From Thermomicrobiales bacterium (lineage in GTDB: Bacteria > Chloroflexota > Chloroflexia > Thermomicrobiales > UBA6265): a stretch of 64,000 nt of DNA. Every line of letters starts with the position of its first letter. Positions within the stretch are counted from its first letter, which is position 1. The DNA is taken from NCBI GenBank assembly GCA_965218235.1, contig OZ244595.1, forward strand, positions 1,062,561 to 1,126,560. The letters are read 5' to 3'. A program made the translations under genes and the position numbers. This document shows, piece after piece, positions 46,900 through 56,263 of the stretch. Under the pieces are notes generated by a model. That model saw only the letters and a program-made list of their open reading frames with translations, made no database searches and had not been told where the DNA came from.

Positions 46900-47511
46900 A
46901 TGGCAGAAGGGTTCATCTCGCGCGCGTTCCGGGGGCGACGGCGTGATCCGGCGCTGGAGGGACGCCTCCCGCCCGGCCAGTATTCGACCGCCGACTTTCC
47001 GGTTCTCTCCGCCGGTCCGACTCCCCGGAGGGACCTCGGTCAGTGGGATCTCCGCCTGACCGGTGAGCTCGACGCGCCTCAACGCTGGAACTGGACGGAG
47101 TTCCTCGCCTTGCCACGCGAGACATTCACGGTCGACATCCACTGCGTGACCAAGTGGTCCAAGTTCGACACGGCCTGGGAGGGCGTCTCGCTCGACACGC
47201 TCCTCGGCACGGTCGAGACGAGCGCGACGTACCTGATCGCCCACTGCGACGGCGGCTACACCACCAACCTGCCGATCGAGGATGTGCGCAACGGCAAGGC
47301 CTGGGTCGCCTTCGGCTACGGCGGCGAGACGCTCGCAGCCGAGCATGGCGGGCCGGCGCGGCTCCTCGTGCCGCATCTCTACTTCTGGAAGAGTGCCAAG
47401 TGGGTCCGCCGGCTGGAGCTCGTGAGCGAGGATCACCCGGGGTTCTGGGAGGGTCTTGGCTACCACAACTATGGTGATCCGTGGAAAGAACAGCGATACC
47501 AGGGCGACTGA
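46900..47511 (+). CDS. Sulfite-oxidase-like molybdopterin-dependent oxidoreductase
   Basis: GRLPPGQYSTADFPVLSAGPTP...WDLRLTGELD...FTVDIHCVTKWSKFDTAWEGV...EHGGPARLLVPHLYFWKSAKW. Confidence 0.8.
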   Translation: MAEGFISRAFRGRRRDPALEGRLPPGQYSTADFPVLSAGPTPRRDLGQWDLRLTGELDAPQRWNWTEFLALPRETFTVDIHCVTKWSKFDTAWEGVSLDTLLGTVETSATYLIAHCDGGYTTNLPIEDVRNGKAWVAFGYGGETLAAEHGGPARLLVPHLYFWKSAKWVRRLELVSEDHPGFWEGLGYHNYGDPWKEQRYQGD

Positions 47512-48233
47512 GCTGGCTGCTCGGCGAAGTCGTCGAGACCATCGTGGAGACGCCGACGACCAGAAGTCTCGTCCTGTCCGTCCCCGGCTGGGGCGGGCAC
47601 CGGGCGGGGCAGCACGTCGATGTCCGCCTGACGGCGCCCGATGGCTACCGGGCGGAGCGCAGCTACTCGATCGCGTCGGCGGCGAGCGGTGAGCGCATCG
47701 AGCTCACGGTCGAGCGCCTGGATGACGGCGAGGTCTCGCCCTACCTGACCGACGAGCTCCGGGTCGGGGACAAGATCGAGCTGCGCGGCCCGATCGGCGG
47801 CTACTTCGCCTGGGACGAGGGGCAGGGCGGGCCGTTGTTCCTGGTCGGTGGCGGCTCGGGCATCGTGCCGCTGATGGCGATGATCCGGCGGCGAGCCGCG
47901 GCCGGGAGCGACGTTCCGGTCCGCCTGCTCCATTCTTCCCGAGCGTATGAAGAGATCATCTACCGGGCGGAGCTCGACCGTCTGGCCAGGGCCGACAAGG
48001 CCCTCGAGGTCTTTCACACGCTGACCCGGAGCCATCCGCCGGACTGGGCTGGCTACCAGCGCCGGATTGACGAGACGATGCTGGCCGAGGTCGCCTGGCC
48101 ACCCGCCGACCGGCCGCTGGTCTTCGTCTGCGGCCCGACCCGCCTCGTCGAGTCGGTCGCGACGACGCTGACCATGCTCGGGCATGAACCGGGGCGGGTG
48201 AAGACGGAGCGCTTCGGTCCGACAGGAGGATGA
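47481..48233 (+). CDS. FNR-type ferredoxin reductase / FAD-binding oxidoreductase
   Basis: RSYSIAS (FAD) and FLVGGGSGIVPLM (NAD(P)H). The GTG start overlaps the upstream gene. Confidence 0.8.
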   Translation: MERTAIPGRLSWLLGEVVETIVETPTTRSLVLSVPGWGGHRAGQHVDVRLTAPDGYRAERSYSIASAASGERIELTVERLDDGEVSPYLTDELRVGDKIELRGPIGGYFAWDEGQGGPLFLVGGGSGIVPLMAMIRRRAAAGSDVPVRLLHSSRAYEEIIYRAELDRLARADKALEVFHTLTRSHPPDWAGYQRRIDETMLAEVAWPPADRPLVFVCGPTRLVESVATTLTMLGHEPGRVKTERFGPTGG

Positions 48234-48508
48234 TGATGGACGACAACGATTTGCGTCTGGATGGAAACACCGCGGCCGGTCCCCTGGCCGAGATCTTCGG
48301 CCGTGAGATGACGACGGCCATCGCGGTCTGCCGAGGCTGCGGGACGGACGCGCCGGTCGGCGGCCTGGCCGCCTACGATCCCGGCATGGGCATCATCCTG
48401 CGCTGTCCCAGTTGCGACACCGCGATGATCCGCGTCTCACGGGTGCGGGGCGGGTACTGGCTCGATGTGCAGGGTGCCAGCGTCCTGCGGATTCAGGCGG
48501 ACGAGTGA
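48230..48508 (+). CDS. DUF6510-like small Cys-pair protein
   Basis: LDGNTAAGPLAEIF...CRGCG...LRCPSCD. ATGA overlap with the reductase gene. I recall this as the usual third member of this operon type. Confidence 0.6.
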   Translation: MMMDDNDLRLDGNTAAGPLAEIFGREMTTAIAVCRGCGTDAPVGGLAAYDPGMGIILRCPSCDTAMIRVSRVRGGYWLDVQGASVLRIQADE

Positions 48509-48638
48509 CGCGAAGCGGGTTCCCGCACGACCAGATACGCCGATCGGTCCGCCAGCGCCAGCGGAATCGGGTCCGGCACTCGCTAGGTGATTCACAGGGT
48601 GGATTCTGGGAGTCCGAGCGCCCGAAACGTCGTGGCCG

Positions 48639-49280
48639 TTGGCCGGAAGGACGATCGACATGGATGAAGCTTCGCGGCTGGTGGGCGAGCGGTACGTGGC
48701 GCTGGGTGATTCCTATACCATCGGGGAGGGCGTCGAGCGATCACGGGCATGGCCGAATCTGCTCACCGATCACCTCCGACGCGAGGGCGTGGCGATCGAT
48801 CTAGTCGCCAACCCGTCCGTGACGGGCTGGACGACGAGTCAGCTGATTGAGCATGAGCTGCCGGTCTTCGAGGCGAGCCGGCCGACCTTCGCGACGGTCC
48901 TGATCGGAGTCAACGACTGGGTCCAGGGGGTCCCCAACGAGGATTTTCGGTCCCGCCTGGTCGCGATCCTCGACCGGGTGCGGGCGACGCTGCCGGACAG
49001 GCGCAAGCTCCTGCTCGTCACCATCCCGGACTTCTCCGTCACGCCCGAGGCCGCCAGGTACCGCAACGGGCGGGACATCGCCCGGGAGATCTCCGCTGTC
49101 AATGACCTCATCAAGGCGGAAGCGTCTCGCCGGTCACTTCCCGTTGTCGATATCTTCCCGTTGTCGCAGCAACTGGTCGGTCGGGAATTCCTGGCGGAGG
49201 ACGACCTGCACCCATCGGCGGCCGCCTACGCCCGGTGGGAAGAGCTGATCTTTCCCGCCGCCCTCTCGCTCCTGAGGTAG
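48639..49280 (+). CDS. SGNH/GDSL hydrolase
   Basis: Block I YVALGDSYTIGEG, block III GVND and block V DDLHPS. Confidence 0.75.
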   Translation: MAGRTIDMDEASRLVGERYVALGDSYTIGEGVERSRAWPNLLTDHLRREGVAIDLVANPSVTGWTTSQLIEHELPVFEASRPTFATVLIGVNDWVQGVPNEDFRSRLVAILDRVRATLPDRRKLLLVTIPDFSVTPEAARYRNGRDIAREISAVNDLIKAEASRRSLPVVDIFPLSQQLVGREFLAEDDLHPSAAAYARWEELIFPAALSLLR

Positions 49281-49411
49281 TCAAGGCGGGCGATCGCCCC
49301 GTTCCGGAACGCCGGCACTGGTGCGCGTCGATTGTGGGAGAACGGCCAGCCGTCGGGATTTCGACGAGCGGTCGTCCAGAACGAGCTCGCGCTCAGAAGG
49401 GATGGCACCAC

Positions 49412-49912
49412 ATGACCAGCAGGTCCCTCACAGTCGAGCAGGTGCTGACGCTGCTCGCCGGGGCGCCGCCGCGCATCGCCGCGCTGACTGACGGTCTGAC
49501 CCCGGCCGAACTGCGAACTCCTCCCGCGGCCGATGAGTGGTCCGCGAACGACGTGCTGGCGCATCTCCGTTCCTGTGCGGACGTCTGGGGAGACGGCATC
49601 CGGATGATCCTCGCCGAGGACCATCCAACGTTCCGGGCAATCGACCCGAGGACTTGGATCAATCGGACGGATTACCCCGACCTGGAGTTCCCGCCGTCAT
49701 TCCAAGCCTTCGCGACGCAGCGAACCGACTTGCTGACCGTCCTCGAACCGTTGACGCCCGACGACTGGGCACGGGCTGTCACGGTGACGGGGGCGGGCGC
49801 GCCACTCCAGCGGACGGTCCTGTCCTTCGCTCAGCGGCTGGCTCGCCACGAACGAACGCATATCAGGCAAATCGACCGAACCGTGCATTCGGTGCGTGAG
49901 TTGCAACGGTGA
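49412..49912 (+). CDS. DinB-family (DinB_2) metal-dependent protein
   Basis: WSANDVLAHLRSCADVW...LARHERTHIRQI His triad pattern. The start is trimmed to 49412. Confidence 0.7.
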   Translation: MTSRSLTVEQVLTLLAGAPPRIAALTDGLTPAELRTPPAADEWSANDVLAHLRSCADVWGDGIRMILAEDHPTFRAIDPRTWINRTDYPDLEFPPSFQAFATQRTDLLTVLEPLTPDDWARAVTVTGAGAPLQRTVLSFAQRLARHERTHIRQIDRTVHSVRELQR

Positions 49913-50516
49913 TGACCGGAACGTGCGGATTGGCCACACCAACCCCGGTGACCAGGGCGTCCCCCGAATAATGACACCGGAAGCAAATAGCGCCAGACGT
50001 CGTCAACACCGTATCGAATGCTGCCGCTTCGTCGAAGAGGACCGGAAGGGAACAGCCCTTGGTGGACGACATCTCTGAACGAGTGCGACGCAACTGGGCT
50101 GGGTGAGCGTGGAAATCGGTCGGGTATAAGGAGTGGGTCGCGCGGGCCTGGGCGAGGAAGCACGTACCAGCTTGCGTGTGCTGAACACCTGCTCGATCGG
50201 GTACCGGTCGGGGAGTACCGGGACAGAAACCACAGCGCGCACCCCGCCGCTGCCAGCCGCTCCTCGGCTCGGGCACCCCGATGAACGCCCCGGCTCACCT
50301 GAACGCTCAGATCCTTCAGCACCACGATCTGCTGACCTGCTGCATCGAGAGTGGCACTGCGGCGAGAGACCGATAACGGTCCCCTGGTCCATCCATTGCG
50401 GCAGCGCCCACGATGTTCTCATCCCGTGCGTATGACGGCTCGATAGCAGCGGGACGATATACTGCGGCATAGTTGCGCCCTTGGGGTGCTGCCAAGCGCA
50501 ACTTGAGGGACGAAAG

Positions 50517-50948
50517 ATGAGCGTACAAGCGACGACCCACGTCAACTTCCGGGGCCGGGCCCGAGCGGCGTTTGCGTTCTATCACTCATTTTTTGGCGGC
50601 GACATCACCATCGCCACGTATACCGACATCCATGCCGTCGAAGACCCGACGCAGGCCGACCAGGTCGCCTGGGGGCAGCTGGCCGCGCCGAACGGCTTCC
50701 GGATCATGGCGTATGACGTGCAGCCGTCCAAAGGCTTCGACCCAGGCGAGAATCCCTTCTACATCGCGCTTCGCGGCACAGACGCTGACGAGATCACGTC
50801 ACTCTGGGCTCCCCTCGCCGATGGCGCGACGATCGCCACACCGCTCGCCCCGGCTCCGTTCGCACCTCTCTGCGGGATGCTCACTGACCGCTTCGGCGTC
50901 ACCTGGATCGTCGACGTCGAGGCTCCAGGACAGGACGCGAATCAATAG
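50517..50948 (+). CDS. VOC-family (PhnB-like glyoxalase fold) protein
   Basis: HVNFRGRARAAFAFYHSFFGG...CGMLTDRFGVTWIV. RBS GAGGGA lies upstream of the ATG at 50517. Confidence 0.7.
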   Translation: MSVQATTHVNFRGRARAAFAFYHSFFGGDITIATYTDIHAVEDPTQADQVAWGQLAAPNGFRIMAYDVQPSKGFDPGENPFYIALRGTDADEITSLWAPLADGATIATPLAPAPFAPLCGMLTDRFGVTWIVDVEAPGQDANQ

Positions 50949-51010
50949 ACTAACCTGTACGGGTCGTTCGCGATGCTGAGCGGCGGGCCAGACTCGCGGT
51001 CCGGCATGCG

Positions 51011-52135
51011 TTGGCTCAGCCAGTAGCGGATCCGCTAGCCGCGACTTCGGCCGTGGTGTGTATGCACGCCACTGAGCCGTCAAGTGTGTATTTGTCCTGT
51101 CGCGCCCGCTGTGGCGCGAGCCGGGCTGACATCGATCACGCGTTGTACACCGATCGTACGATTGTCCGGCAACTGGCGATGCGCCGTACGGTGTTTGCCT
51201 GTCCGCGTGACATGCTGCCTGGGGTCCTCGGTAGCGCCGCTGCCCGGGTAGCGGCTCAACAAGCCAACCAACTTGCCAGAATCATCGTCGCCGACGGAAT
51301 CGCCGACGATGGGAGCGCCTGGGTCCGCCAAACCTGCGATGCGACGCTTGCGCTGTTGAGAGAGGCGCCCGCCACGACGGCACAGCTACGTGCGCGTCTG
51401 CCGGCACTTCAAGAGCGGATCACGCCACCTGAGCGACGAGGGGCAGCTCGAATGCCAGTCGCCTCCCGAGTACTCACCGTGCTGGGAGCCGGTGGCCGTG
51501 TCGTCCGGGGGGTGAACGTCGGCGGCTGGAAGACATCGCGACCAATATGGACGATCGCCGAGGATTGGCTGAGGAGTCCAACGGTGGCGCTTCCTGAGCC
51601 GGAGGGCTACGCCGATCTGATCAGCCGCTGGCTCTGGGCCTTCGGTCCGGGTACTGAAGACGATATGACGTGGTGGCTGGGCGCAACGAGAACGGCTGTG
51701 CGCAGGGCTCTTTCCGACCTTGCTGCTGTACCTGTGCGGCTCGAGGACAGCTCGCCGGCGTGGCTGCATCCGGACGAGGTTGATGAGGTACCCGCAGTTG
51801 CGGATTGGGCGGCGCTGCTGCCAGCACTCGACCCAACGACAATGGGTTGGCGAAGGCGTGACTTCTATATCGACAAGAACACCGTCCCATCGATCTATGA
51901 CCGCGCCGGTAATGGCAGACCGACCGCCTGGTGGAACGGGCGTACCGTCGGTGGTTGGACGCAGGAAGACGATGGCACAGTTGTCGTTCTGCCTGTCTTG
52001 CCGCTGCCGCAGACCGCGATCGCAGCACTTCGAAAAGAGGCGAGAGACCTGACTGAATGGCTCAGCGGCGACGTCATTCGCTCAAGCATGCAGTCACCAT
52101 TGATCGATGGGACGGTCTGCCCAGTGATTCGATGA
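51011..52135 (+). CDS. Winged-helix AlkZ/YcaQ-like protein (putative crosslink DNA glycosylase family)
   Basis: LYTDRTIVRQLAMRRTVFACPRDMLP ... C-terminal WWNGRTVGGW pattern. TTG start. The N-terminus looks short. Confidence 0.6.
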   Translation: MAQPVADPLAATSAVVCMHATEPSSVYLSCRARCGASRADIDHALYTDRTIVRQLAMRRTVFACPRDMLPGVLGSAAARVAAQQANQLARIIVADGIADDGSAWVRQTCDATLALLREAPATTAQLRARLPALQERITPPERRGAARMPVASRVLTVLGAGGRVVRGVNVGGWKTSRPIWTIAEDWLRSPTVALPEPEGYADLISRWLWAFGPGTEDDMTWWLGATRTAVRRALSDLAAVPVRLEDSSPAWLHPDEVDEVPAVADWAALLPALDPTTMGWRRRDFYIDKNTVPSIYDRAGNGRPTAWWNGRTVGGWTQEDDGTVVVLPVLPLPQTAIAALRKEARDLTEWLSGDVIRSSMQSPLIDGTVCPVIR

Positions 52136-52264
52136 GCGGAATTGGAAGACAAACAGGTCTGAGCGGGAAAGCCAGTCGGGTTGAAGCGGTGGGGCACTGG
52201 AGGGCATAAGGCTGTTTCGATGCGACGCACCGGTGGAGGAGTCGATGCTCTCAAGCTCCGGAGT

Positions 52265-53107
52265 CTATGAGAACGCCGCGGCGTTCTCCATGGCGAACTG
52301 TTCAAAGGAACGCGCCGACCGGCCGAGGAGCCCGGGCACGTCGTCAGTGACCCAGTCGGAGTCGCCAGCCGCGAACAGAGCAAGTGCCTGCGCGTTCATC
52401 GTTGCGACCTGAGCGGGGACGCCGGAATCGATCATCGCCTGCCGCTGCTGCTCGAAGGTCAACGGACGGAAGGCGATGGGTCGGCCGAGCACGCGCGCGA
52501 GGAGTGTCGCCGCGTCCGCATATGAGAGCGAGGCCGGACCGGTCAGCCAGTAGGTCTTGCAGGCATAGCTACCCGGATTACTGGCGACTGCCGCCGCGAC
52601 CGCCGCGACATCTCGCGTGTCGACCATGCCGACGCGGCCATCACCCGTGTTCGACCCGAAGCTGTCGTTCCGGGCGATCGACGGGGCCAGCATGAGGAAG
52701 TTCTGCATGTAGGCGTTGTTTCGCAGAAGCGTGTAGGCGAGGCCGGAGGCGATCAGCCCGTCCTCGATCTCGGTCTGGGCGCGGCGCCGGGCAATGGGCG
52801 AGTCCGCTGACGCTTTGCTCGTGATCTTCACGACGTGCTCGACGCCCGCGCGGACGGCACTGTCGACGACGTTCAACTCCTGAGCCGGAATTGCCGGACT
52901 GACGAGAATCACGGCCGAGACATCGCGCATCGCGGCGTCGATGGTCGTCGGTACTTCAAGGTCGCCAGGGACGACGTCGACCCCTATCCGGGCCAGCTCG
53001 GTCACCTTCTCCGGATCGCGAACCAGGAGCCGCACGGGCGCTCCTCGCTGGGCGAGCAGACGTGCCGCCTCCCAGCCCACCTTGCCGGCGGTCGAGATGA
53101 GAATCAT
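52265..53107 (-). CDS. NmrA-like / atypical SDR NAD(P)-binding protein
   Basis: MILISTAGKVGWEAARLLAQRGAPVRLLVRDPEK Rossmann start. Full length, unlike the relic at 40.6 kb. Confidence 0.75.
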   Translation of the reverse strand: MILISTAGKVGWEAARLLAQRGAPVRLLVRDPEKVTELARIGVDVVPGDLEVPTTIDAAMRDVSAVILVSPAIPAQELNVVDSAVRAGVEHVVKITSKASADSPIARRRAQTEIEDGLIASGLAYTLLRNNAYMQNFLMLAPSIARNDSFGSNTGDGRVGMVDTRDVAAVAAAVASNPGSYACKTYWLTGPASLSYADAATLLARVLGRPIAFRPLTFEQQRQAMIDSGVPAQVATMNAQALALFAAGDSDWVTDDVPGLLGRSARSFEQFAMENAAAFS

Positions 53108-53246
53108 GGTCCTGTCTCCTCGTGGCCGAGCTGAAAACTGTCCTCGTTCAGGACAGCAACGTCAGTTGCAGGATGGCTCCGCTGGTCCCGAACGCCCGTG
53201 AACAGCGAAGAAAAGACATCCTTCACACCCAGCGCGGCGAGTCGTA

Positions 53247-54109
53247 GAGCGTGTCATGGACTCTGCGGGGGTCGTAAACTCAGCAAATGAGCACGATCTC
53301 CCGCAAGCCCTACCCGAGCGACGTGACGGACGACGAGTGGGCCTTCGTCGCCCCCTACCTGACGCTGATGACCCCGGACGCCCCGCAGCGCCGGCATGAT
53401 CCCCGCGAGGTTTTCAACGCCCTGCGCTGGATGGTGCGGACCGGCTCGCCGTGGCGCTATCTGCCCGGCGATCTGCCGCCGTGGGCAGCGGTCCACCAGC
53501 AGACGCTGCGCTGGATCGCCGCCGGCTGCTTCGAGGAGATGGTCCACGACCTGCGGGCGCTGCTGCGCGAAGCGAGCGGCCGCGATCCCGATCCCACCGC
53601 GGTGATCCTGGACGCGCGGACCCTGCGCGGCACCCCGGAGAGCGGGCACCGGGCCGGCTACGACGGGCACAAGAAGACCCGCGGCAGCAAGCTCCACGCG
53701 GCGGTCGACACGCTGGGGCACCTGCTGGCGCTGCGCGTGACGCCGGCCAACGATCAGGAGCGGGCGCAGGTGGGCGAGCTGGCGGACGCGGTGCAGGCGG
53801 CGACCGGCAACACCGTGGAACTGGCCTGGGTCGATCAGGGCTACACGGGGGAGGAGCCGGCTGACGAGGCGGAGGCACGCGGGATCGAGCTGGTCGTGGT
53901 CCGGCTGCCGGGAGCAAAGAAGGGCTTCGTCTTGCTGCCGCGGCGCTGGGTGGTGGAGCGCTCGTTCGCCTGGGCGACGCGCTTCCGGCGGCTGGCCAAG
54001 GACTATGAGCGCCTGCCCACGACCGTGGCCGGCTTGCATTTCGTCGCCTTTGCCTGCCTCATGCTTCACAAACTCTCGCTCCTGCCACTCGGAAGTCCAT
54101 GACACGCTC
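53247..54109 (+). mobile_element. Complete IS5-family insertion sequence (IS427-like size), about 0.86 kb
   Basis: Terminal inverted repeats GAGCGTGTCATGGAC (53247-53261) and GTCCATGACACGCTC (54095-54109) are perfect. They are flanked by TA on both sides (53245-46 and 54110-11). Confidence 0.85.
53287..54102 (+). CDS. IS5-family DDE transposase
   Basis: PYPSDVTDDEWAFVAPYL...REVFNALRWMVRTGSPWRYLP (DUF4096-type N-terminus). DDE_Tnp_1 body AVILDARTL...LHAAVDTLGHLLAL...VDQGYTG. Confidence 0.9.
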   Translation: MSTISRKPYPSDVTDDEWAFVAPYLTLMTPDAPQRRHDPREVFNALRWMVRTGSPWRYLPGDLPPWAAVHQQTLRWIAAGCFEEMVHDLRALLREASGRDPDPTAVILDARTLRGTPESGHRAGYDGHKKTRGSKLHAAVDTLGHLLALRVTPANDQERAQVGELADAVQAATGNTVELAWVDQGYTGEEPADEAEARGIELVVVRLPGAKKGFVLLPRRWVVERSFAWATRFRRLAKDYERLPTTVAGLHFVAFACLMLHKLSLLPLGSP

Positions 54110-54396
54110 TAGTTCTCGCGGAGCAGCGCTATTCCGTCTTCCGCGTCTCCGTCGTTCGCGAGTGACTTGCTCACCCAGTTGGCGTACCACGCCTTCGCCC
54201 GACCGGCGTTCAGCACCGCTGAGCGTCGGTCGTCGGGGAGAGGAAGGTCGAGCGTGCCGCGGTCCGGATGAACATGCCCAAGTTCGCGGCCTTCGAACAC
54301 GAATGCCGTGGCGCCTCGCGGGGTGGTTCGGGTGCTGACGCCGGGCCACAGAACGACCACGCTGAGGACCGAGACGGCAGGTGAGACAGGATTCAT
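54109..54396 (-). CDS. Luciferase-family / DUF5519-like small protein, 3' end clipped by the IS5 insertion
   Basis: WPGVSTRTTPRGATAFVFEGRELGHVHPDRGTLDLPLP...WVSKSL...ALLREN. RBS GGAAGGAG. Its TAG stop is formed by the TA target site plus the flank. Confidence 0.6.
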   Translation of the reverse strand: MNPVSPAVSVLSVVVLWPGVSTRTTPRGATAFVFEGRELGHVHPDRGTLDLPLPDDRRSAVLNAGRAKAWYANWVSKSLANDGDAEDGIALLREN

Positions 54397-54995
54397 GGCT
54401 GACTCCTTCCGGGTGAGGCTGGTGAGAACGAGGGCCGCTGATTCTGACAGGAGCCCCGGTCGCCGCGTGTCTCGTTGGGATCCAGCGGCTGGTTCGTGGC
54501 TGTCGGACCTCGCGAGCCAGCCGATGGGTCTCGCGGCCAGGCCAGCCCGATCTGCCGAGCCTGGAGGGCGGCGTCCCAGAAGGCGGCGATTTCGGTGACC
54601 TGGTCGCCGTCCCACTTGACGGTCTGGACGAATTCGGCGTCAAACGCCCCTCCGGTCGGGGCGATCACCGTGCCGTCAGGCAGGCTCATCTCCCCTGTGA
54701 AGGTCCCGGTGACGCGGGTGATCACCGTGATCCAGTCTCCGCTTCCGAACTGGATGGGGTAGGGGTCGTTCTCGACGTGAACGTCGGGGAAGATGCGGAA
54801 GAACTGCGTCATCGCCGCCGCGTGCGCCGCCCGTCCGTAGAGCGGCTCAGCGTTTCCAGTGACGTGCGCGATCATGTCCGGATGGTGTACTGCGTTCATG
54901 GCTTCGATGTCACGGGCGTTGAAGGCGTCGTCGCCCTGCTTCATCAGCGCGAGCAGGTGCGTTGTTCGGTCGGTGATGTCTGAAGGGGTCGTCAT
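54393..54995 (-). CDS. SnoaL-like ester cyclase family protein
   Basis: AFNARDIEAMNAVHHPDMIAHV...FPDVHVENDPYPIQFGSGDWITV...FVQTVKWDGDQVTEIAAFWD. It has an unusually long low-complexity tail. Confidence 0.7.
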   Translation of the reverse strand: MTTPSDITDRTTHLLALMKQGDDAFNARDIEAMNAVHHPDMIAHVTGNAEPLYGRAAHAAAMTQFFRIFPDVHVENDPYPIQFGSGDWITVITRVTGTFTGEMSLPDGTVIAPTGGAFDAEFVQTVKWDGDQVTEIAAFWDAALQARQIGLAWPRDPSAGSRGPTATNQPLDPNETRGDRGSCQNQRPSFSPASPGRSQP

Positions 54996-55044
54996 TCGGG
55001 ATCCTTCTCATGCTCGGTGGGTATCGTCATGCTCAGCTGAAAAT

Positions 55045-55060
55045 TTGTAGTTGAGTACAA
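55045..55060. promoter_or_regulatory. Candidate TetR operator, copy 1
   Basis: TTGTA-GTTGAG-TACAA palindrome in the AT-richer divergent promoter region between the cyclase operon and the TetR gene. Confidence 0.3.
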
Positions 55061-55225
55061 TAATAGTGTAGCACACAGGTAGGCCCAAGGAGATCCGACC
55101 CTGGCGACGCAACTGGATCAGGCGGCTGGAAACACGTTGACGTCCTAAACTGGTGAGTGACGTGCCGAGCGCACCCGTCGAGAAGAGCGACGAGTTCGGT
55201 CATCCAGCTTGGATCTGAATCCAAC

Positions 55226-55241
55226 TGTAGAGTTGAGTGCA
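55226..55241. promoter_or_regulatory. Candidate TetR operator, copy 2
   Basis: TGTAGAGTTGAGTGCA shares the TGTAG..GTTGAGT.CA core with copy 1. It lies 30 nt upstream of the TetR ATG. Confidence 0.3.
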
Positions 55242-55270
55242 GCCTCGGGAGTTCCGAGTAGAATCGTGTC

Positions 55271-55942
55271 ATGCCCAACCCCGGACTCCGCGAGCGCAAG
55301 AAGGCCCGCACTCGCCGACACATCGCCGATACCGCAGCCCGGCTGTTCGCCGAACGCGGCTATGAACGGGTCGCCGTCAGTGACGTCGCGCGCGAGGCCG
55401 AGGTCGCCGAGCAGACGGTCTACAACTACTTCCAGACCAAGGAGCAACTGGTCACCGACCGCGACCGGCAGATTCAGGATCGGCTGTGCGACCTGATCCG
55501 GGCACGGCCACCGGCCATGACGCCCGCAGCGGCCATCCGCGATTTCGTCCTTGAGTCCGTCGCCGGGATTCGCCGTATCCCACCGGAAATCTGGCGTGGC
55601 GAACTCGGTTACCTGGCGGCTATCAGTCCGACCGTCCATCGACTGGTGCTGGAGTTGAACGATCGTCAGGCCGTAGCTCTTTGTCGCACGATCAATGACA
55701 CGTCGACCGTTTCGCCGGAGGTCGCCAGGCTTCAGGGGATTGCGCTGGCGGGGGTCTTTCACATCATCATTACCGAGGCAGGTCGCCGCACTCGCGAGGG
55801 ACATGATCAGGCCACAATTGCCGACGAGTTGTGCGTGGTCGCGACCAGCATCCTTGATGAGCTCGACCGCTGGTTCACCGTCTCCAGTCGGACGTCATGG
55901 CTACAATCCGGTAGCCAGGACGTGTGTCGTCCCGGACATTGA
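55271..55942 (+). CDS. TetR/AcrR-family transcriptional regulator
   Basis: RERKKARTRRHIADTAARLFAERGYERVAVSDVAREAEVAEQTVYNYFQTKEQLV. Confidence 0.8.
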   Translation: MPNPGLRERKKARTRRHIADTAARLFAERGYERVAVSDVAREAEVAEQTVYNYFQTKEQLVTDRDRQIQDRLCDLIRARPPAMTPAAAIRDFVLESVAGIRRIPPEIWRGELGYLAAISPTVHRLVLELNDRQAVALCRTINDTSTVSPEVARLQGIALAGVFHIIITEAGRRTREGHDQATIADELCVVATSILDELDRWFTVSSRTSWLQSGSQDVCRPGH

Positions 55943-56263
55943 TGCACTTCGGCGGCACATTGATAGAATCTCCGTCTGACTGGAAGTTGGGGTATCAACG
56001 TATTGACGGTCGCGGCTTGACGCGTCAGACCGGAGCAAGACGTCGTTCCGGTCGCCTGGCCCTCAATTTCACCCGCAACCAGATGGAGCGCCGATAACGT
56101 CACCGCGGACAGGTGTCTGCGCTACTCTCCGGCAATCGCCCCGCTCGTCGACCCGATTCCTGAGCCAGTTGGTCTGGACTGGTTCCCGAAGTGGAGAGCT
56201 GCTTCGGATCCAATCGAACCGAATCAGGTTCATGCGTGCGAAGAAAGGCGAGCGCCAGGTCGA

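Noticed and set aside
53254-54105. 283-aa minus-strand ORF inside the IS5 element.
   Set aside because: It is antisense to the transposase, which has clear DUF4096/DDE motifs. The product is Arg/Pro/Gln-rich.
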